Assembly: GCA_963815455.1 (NCBI GenBank)
Contig: CAWFGO010000002.1
Span: forward strand, 288,001 to 352,000
DNA from: an uncultured Verrucomicrobiae bacterium
GTDB lineage: Bacteria > Verrucomicrobiota > Verrucomicrobiia > Chthoniobacterales > UBA10450
Direction: 5' to 3'
Length of the DNA: 64,000 nt
Position numbers and translations under genes: made by a program. Of this stretch, positions 60,230 through 64,000 are shown piece by piece. The notes beneath the pieces are model-generated. The model was given only the letters and a program-made list of their open reading frames with translations. It was not told where the DNA came from and did not search any database. Within the stretch, counting starts at the first letter, position 1; each line of letters opens with the position of its first letter.

Positions 60230-61948
60230 TTAGCGGTCCTCCGATGTTACGCGCCAGATTTCCTCCAGCGTGGTGATTCCTTCGAGCGCTTTTTCAATTC
60301 CAACCATGCGCAACGTCTTCATTCCTTCGGTGACAGCTTGATTCTTGATCACGGCTGCTGAAGCGCGCTTGATCACCAAACGCCGCACCGTCTCGCTCAC
60401 GGGCAAAGCTTCGATAATTGCGACCCGGCCAAGGTAACCGCGCCCTTTGCAACGGTCGCACCCGCTGCCTTGGTAAAAAACTGTTCCGCTCTTGTCCTGG
60501 AGCGCGAGTCTCTCCAGCATTTCCGGTTCGGGGACAAATTCTTCCTGGCAATTGCTACAGATGCGCCGGACGAGACGCTGGGCGCAGCTCATCAGGATGG
60601 AACTCGAAATCAGGAACGGCTCGATGCCCATGTCATCCAAACGGGTAATTGCGCCTGCCGCATCGTTCGTGTGCAACGTGCTCAAGACCTGGTGACCGGT
60701 CAGCGCGGCTTTGACCGCGATATCGGCTGTCTCGTTGTCGCGAATTTCTCCCACCATCACGATGTCCGGGTCCTGGCGCAGGATGGAGCGCAGAGCGGAA
60801 GCAAAATCGAGCCCGATATCGCTGCGCACCGCCACCTGGTTGACGCCCATCAGCTCGTACTCGATCGGGTCTTCCACCGTTACGATGTTATATTCGGGGT
60901 TGTTCAGCTCGTGCAGAACCGAGTAGAGCGTTGTGGTTTTTCCCGAGCCGGTGGGTCCAGTCACCAGAATCATTCCGTGCGGTGCGTCGATCGACTTTTT
61001 GAACTTGGATAGCGTGTCCTGGTCCATACCCAACTGGTCGATCCCGCCGCTCAGAGAAGCCTTGTCCAGAATTCGGATCACGATTTTTTCGCCATGCGCA
61101 GTGGGGAGGATCGAGATACGCAGATCGACTTCCTTGCCCATCACCCGGATCCGGAACCGGCCATCTTGCGGGAGACGGCGCTCGGCGATGTTAAGTCCCG
61201 CCAAAATTTTGATGCGCGACGTGATGGCCAATTGCAACGCCTTCGGCGGCGATTCGGCCGGGATGAGCTCGCCGTCTATTCGGTAGCGTAATTTGAGCGC
61301 GGTGTGAAATGGCTCGATATGAATATCGGAAGCTTTTTCCTTCACCGCCTGGGCCAGGATCAAATTCACGATCTTGATGACCGGCGCGTCTTCGCTGTCG
61401 GAAGCCAGCCGATCGAGATCGATGTCCTCCCGCTTGGCGACCTGCACTTCCACCTCGCCCGCTTGCACCGCTTCGTCGGAAACTTGTTTGAGCACGGCGC
61501 TCATATTGCCCGCGCCGTGAATTCCGCTGAGCGTCTCAACCACGGCTTTTTCCGTGGCAATCATCGGCACGATCTCGAGTTGGACCCGGCGTTTCAGATC
61601 GTCCAGCGCGAGGACGTTCGTGGGATCGGCCATGGCCACGAAAAGTTTTCCATTCAGACGCGCGATCGGCAGCAGCTTGTTCGCTTTGGCCATTTCCCGC
61701 GGCACCAGTTCCATGACCTCCTCGGGTACACGCAACCGCGTCAGATTGATCGGCGGCGTGTTCAGACAACGCCCCATGCTAAAGGCCATGTCCTGCTCGG
61801 TAACGAATTGGCGATCCGTTAAAATCTTTAAGAGCCGGCCGCCTTCGTTCTTCTGAATTTCAACCGCTTCGTGCAGTTGATTGGGCAGAAGCAGTCCGTC
61901 CTCGATCAGGACATCGGCGATGCGTTCTCCGAAAGATTTACTTTTCAT
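60230..61948 (-). CDS. pilB: PilB/GspE-family assembly ATPase
   Basis: ASDIHIEP, RRLPQDGR, GPTGSGKTTT, TVEDPIE, LRQDPD, TGHQVLSTLH and a tetracysteine motif. Confidence 0.93.
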   Translation of the reverse strand: MKSKSFGERIADVLIEDGLLLPNQLHEAVEIQKNEGGRLLKILTDRQFVTEQDMAFSMGRCLNTPPINLTRLRVPEEVMELVPREMAKANKLLPIARLNGKLFVAMADPTNVLALDDLKRRVQLEIVPMIATEKAVVETLSGIHGAGNMSAVLKQVSDEAVQAGEVEVQVAKREDIDLDRLASDSEDAPVIKIVNLILAQAVKEKASDIHIEPFHTALKLRYRIDGELIPAESPPKALQLAITSRIKILAGLNIAERRLPQDGRFRIRVMGKEVDLRISILPTAHGEKIVIRILDKASLSGGIDQLGMDQDTLSKFKKSIDAPHGMILVTGPTGSGKTTTLYSVLHELNNPEYNIVTVEDPIEYELMGVNQVAVRSDIGLDFASALRSILRQDPDIVMVGEIRDNETADIAVKAALTGHQVLSTLHTNDAAGAITRLDDMGIEPFLISSSILMSCAQRLVRRICSNCQEEFVPEPEMLERLALQDKSGTVFYQGSGCDRCKGRGYLGRVAIIEALPVSETVRRLVIKRASAAVIKNQAVTEGMKTLRMVGIEKALEGITTLEEIWRVTSEDR

Positions 61949-61954
61949 GCACGC

Positions 61955-62839
61955 TTAAGCCCGCGACTCGAGCCGGTAAATTCCCTGTAAACTTTTTACG
62001 ATCGCCGCCGGCCGGGCCAGGTACCAGGTCACGGTGTAATCGACCGATTGTTGCACCGCTTCGCGTCCGGCCGAATCGAACGGATTGCAGCACGCCACCA
62101 TCATCGTGCGACTGACCAGATCGAATGGCACGAAAAGACGACCGAGCGTCAGATAATCAGGCACCATCGGTGCGATCTGCCGGTCGACGTCGTAATATTC
62201 CAACGGCACGTAGGCAAACTTCGTCCGGTCGATCAGCGCCGAAAGCACCTTCTCCAGCTTCTCGACGTTCCCCTTGCAAAGCTGATCCAAAAGGGACTGG
62301 GCCAGCGCCTGGCCGGTCAAGTTCTTGTTCTGGTGCTCCACCACTTCCAGCACCGGCTTCACTTCTTCTTCGGGAAAGAGCTGTTGCACGATCAAAAATT
62401 TCGCCAGTTGATCCGTGCCGCGGTCGTGCAGGTTGGCCAGTTTGCCCACGTGGGAGCCGCCGCGAATGTCGATCAACGCCCCCTCCGTTCCGGTCGCGCC
62501 GTTAGTTCCTCCGGCTTTCGCAATCTCCGCGCCGGATGCTTGCAAACGCACTTCGATTTCGCCCAGCATGGCGAGGATATCTCCCGCGTTCGGTTCCTTC
62601 ACCAGGATCATCTCGCATTCCTCCATCGCCAGCGTGTAAGAACCGGCGGTGAAATAAGCCTCGGCCAATCGCCGGGAAGCACGCAAACAATCGTCGTGCC
62701 GCCCCACTTTTTGGTAAGCTTCCTTCAGAATTTCCAGCGATTGATAGTCGTCGGGTTGAGTTTGAGTGATAGCCTCAAACATCTCGATCGTCTGGACGAT
62801 CTGGTTGTGTTCTTGCTCCGACAGAGGGTGTTCCAGCAC
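61955..62839 (-). CDS. TPR-like plus GspE/PilB N-terminal-like domain protein (no ATPase domain)
   Basis: Helical TPR-like N-terminus (QPDDYQSLEILKEAY...RLAEAY...EPNA). The C-terminus YVPLEYYDVD...FVPFD...MVACCNPFD parallels PilB's LLPIAR...FVAMADPTN. Confidence 0.72.
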   Translation of the reverse strand: MLEHPLSEQEHNQIVQTIEMFEAITQTQPDDYQSLEILKEAYQKVGRHDDCLRASRRLAEAYFTAGSYTLAMEECEMILVKEPNAGDILAMLGEIEVRLQASGAEIAKAGGTNGATGTEGALIDIRGGSHVGKLANLHDRGTDQLAKFLIVQQLFPEEEVKPVLEVVEHQNKNLTGQALAQSLLDQLCKGNVEKLEKVLSALIDRTKFAYVPLEYYDVDRQIAPMVPDYLTLGRLFVPFDLVSRTMMVACCNPFDSAGREAVQQSVDYTVTWYLARPAAIVKSLQGIYRLESRA

Positions 62840-63166
62840 AACGGGCTGTAAAAGCCAGAAACATGCCCCGACTGGCTAATCCCCCGAAAATCGCTCTTAA
62901 AATTGCGAATTTCTCAGCGCTGCAACCGAATCGCGCAAAAACGCCGGAAATCAGGGAACCGGTGCGAGGTCGCCTGTGTCGGACGCACATCCGCGCTATT
63001 TGTAGCGGCGGTGTCTGACCGTCGCACTTAAGTCCGGAACCCGCCTGTCCCATTTATCCCAACTACGTTGGACGCATCCCCGCGTTTCCATTCGCCATGG
63101 TTGCCCTCGACCTCCGGTCCCTGATTGCCACTCGTCACTCGTCCGTCCTTTTGATATATTCACGCC

Positions 63167-63826
63167 GTGGAATCGTGCCGCGCTCGTCACTCTGCCTTCA
63201 CCCTGCTCGAACTCCTCGTGGTCATGGGAATAATCGCGCTCCTGCTCCTGGCCGTGATCCCGGCGGTCACGTCGATCTCAAAATCCAGCGGGCGCAAAGG
63301 CGCGATCAACAATCTGCTGGGGGCCATCGAGCAAGCCCGGACCGAAGCGATCAAGACTGGCCAGGCGGCGTATATCGTTTTCCCTGCGTTCGCCACCGGG
63401 TCGCAAACGACACTCGATCGCTACAACTACAAATCGTACGCAATCTTTCAGGACGATCCGGCGAATCCGGCCACGCCGAAACAGCTCGCAAATTGGAAAA
63501 CGTTCGCGACCGGTGTTGCGCTCAGGGCAGCCGGCCCCACCCCTCTCTCCGACCTGGCCGACCCCGCGACGCTCACTCCGGCGGTCACATTCAAGTTCAC
63601 GCCGGAAGAAGGCGCGGACACATCAGGGTTTCGTTGCATCAAGTTCAACGCAAACGGCGAAGTGGAAGGGCCCGCCGGCACTGGTAAGATCACGCTGGCC
63701 ATCTTCGAAGGATATGTAAATGGGGGCACCGAAGTCGTCACATCAGCAAGGACGGGCGGCGAACCAGCAGCCACGGAGTCGATAACCATCGCGCGCCTTA
63801 CCGGCCGCGCCGAACGCGGACCATGA
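63167..63826 (+). CDS. Prepilin-type GspH/FimT-like protein (Verru_Chthon cassette D-like)
   Basis: SAFTLLELLVVMGIIALL, IEQARTEAI, FNANG and a terminal LTGR. Confidence 0.85.
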   Translation: MESCRARHSAFTLLELLVVMGIIALLLLAVIPAVTSISKSSGRKGAINNLLGAIEQARTEAIKTGQAAYIVFPAFATGSQTTLDRYNYKSYAIFQDDPANPATPKQLANWKTFATGVALRAAGPTPLSDLADPATLTPAVTFKFTPEEGADTSGFRCIKFNANGEVEGPAGTGKITLAIFEGYVNGGTEVVTSARTGGEPAATESITIARLTGRAERGP

Positions 63827-64000
63827 AACATCGACAAGTTCTCTCTGTAACCGCGGGCGCCGACCGCGGCCCCGTGTCGCATCGATCCGCGTTCAGTCTC
63901 GTCGAAGTCGTGCTCGCGTTGGGCGTCGTTTCATTCGCGATCGTTGCGATTCTCGGCATCCTGCCAACCGGCCTGCAAACCGGCAAGTCATCGCAGGACG
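63823..64000 (+). CDS. Prepilin-type protein (Verru_Chthon cassette B-like), partial
   Basis: ATGA overlap with the previous gene and SAFSLVEVVLALGVVSFAIVAILGILPTGL. Confidence 0.82.
   Translation, partial: MKHRQVLSVTAGADRGPVSHRSAFSLVEVVLALGVVSFAIVAILGILPTGLQTGKSSQD

Noticed and set aside
1..64000. tRNA, rRNA or transposase genes
   Set aside because: None was recognisable by eye. tRNAscan-SE and Rfam searches would be needed to exclude them formally.

Overview
This is a GC-rich bacterial chromosome segment, most likely Verrucomicrobiota (Chthoniobacterales/Spartobacteria-like). The assignment rests on a PEP-CTERM protein, Verru_Chthon-cassette-like prepilins, a MurC-MurB fusion, a LysM gene inside the dcw cluster and a GuaB3-type IMPDH. 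Many genes, including essential ones, carry single-base frameshifts, densest at about 21-48 kb. These look like long-read assembly errors, so split ORFs are merged here and their boundaries are approximate. Content in order: housekeeping, stress and large secreted modular proteins (1-16.6 kb); a hicB/hicA pair; an orphan ABC permease; a cell-wall-hydrolase island with three 3D-domain and two CHAP/NlpC-like paralogues (20-25 kb); a family-B DNA polymerase with all three proofreading motifs degenerate; a complete dcw cluster (31.6-50.8 kb); exbB-exbD-tonB-like-guaB-fabF; and a five-gene operon encoding TPR/MshEN-like protein, PilB, a large roadblock protein, MglA and MglB, divergent from prepilin genes. 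Several families of REP/MITE-like palindromes fill the intergenic space and also sit in frame inside coding genes. The best candidates for undescribed biology are the MglAB-PilB operon, the 3D/CHAP island with long structured leaders, the proofreading-dead PolB and the coding-region palindrome insertions. All family calls come from motif recognition by eye, not from database searches.
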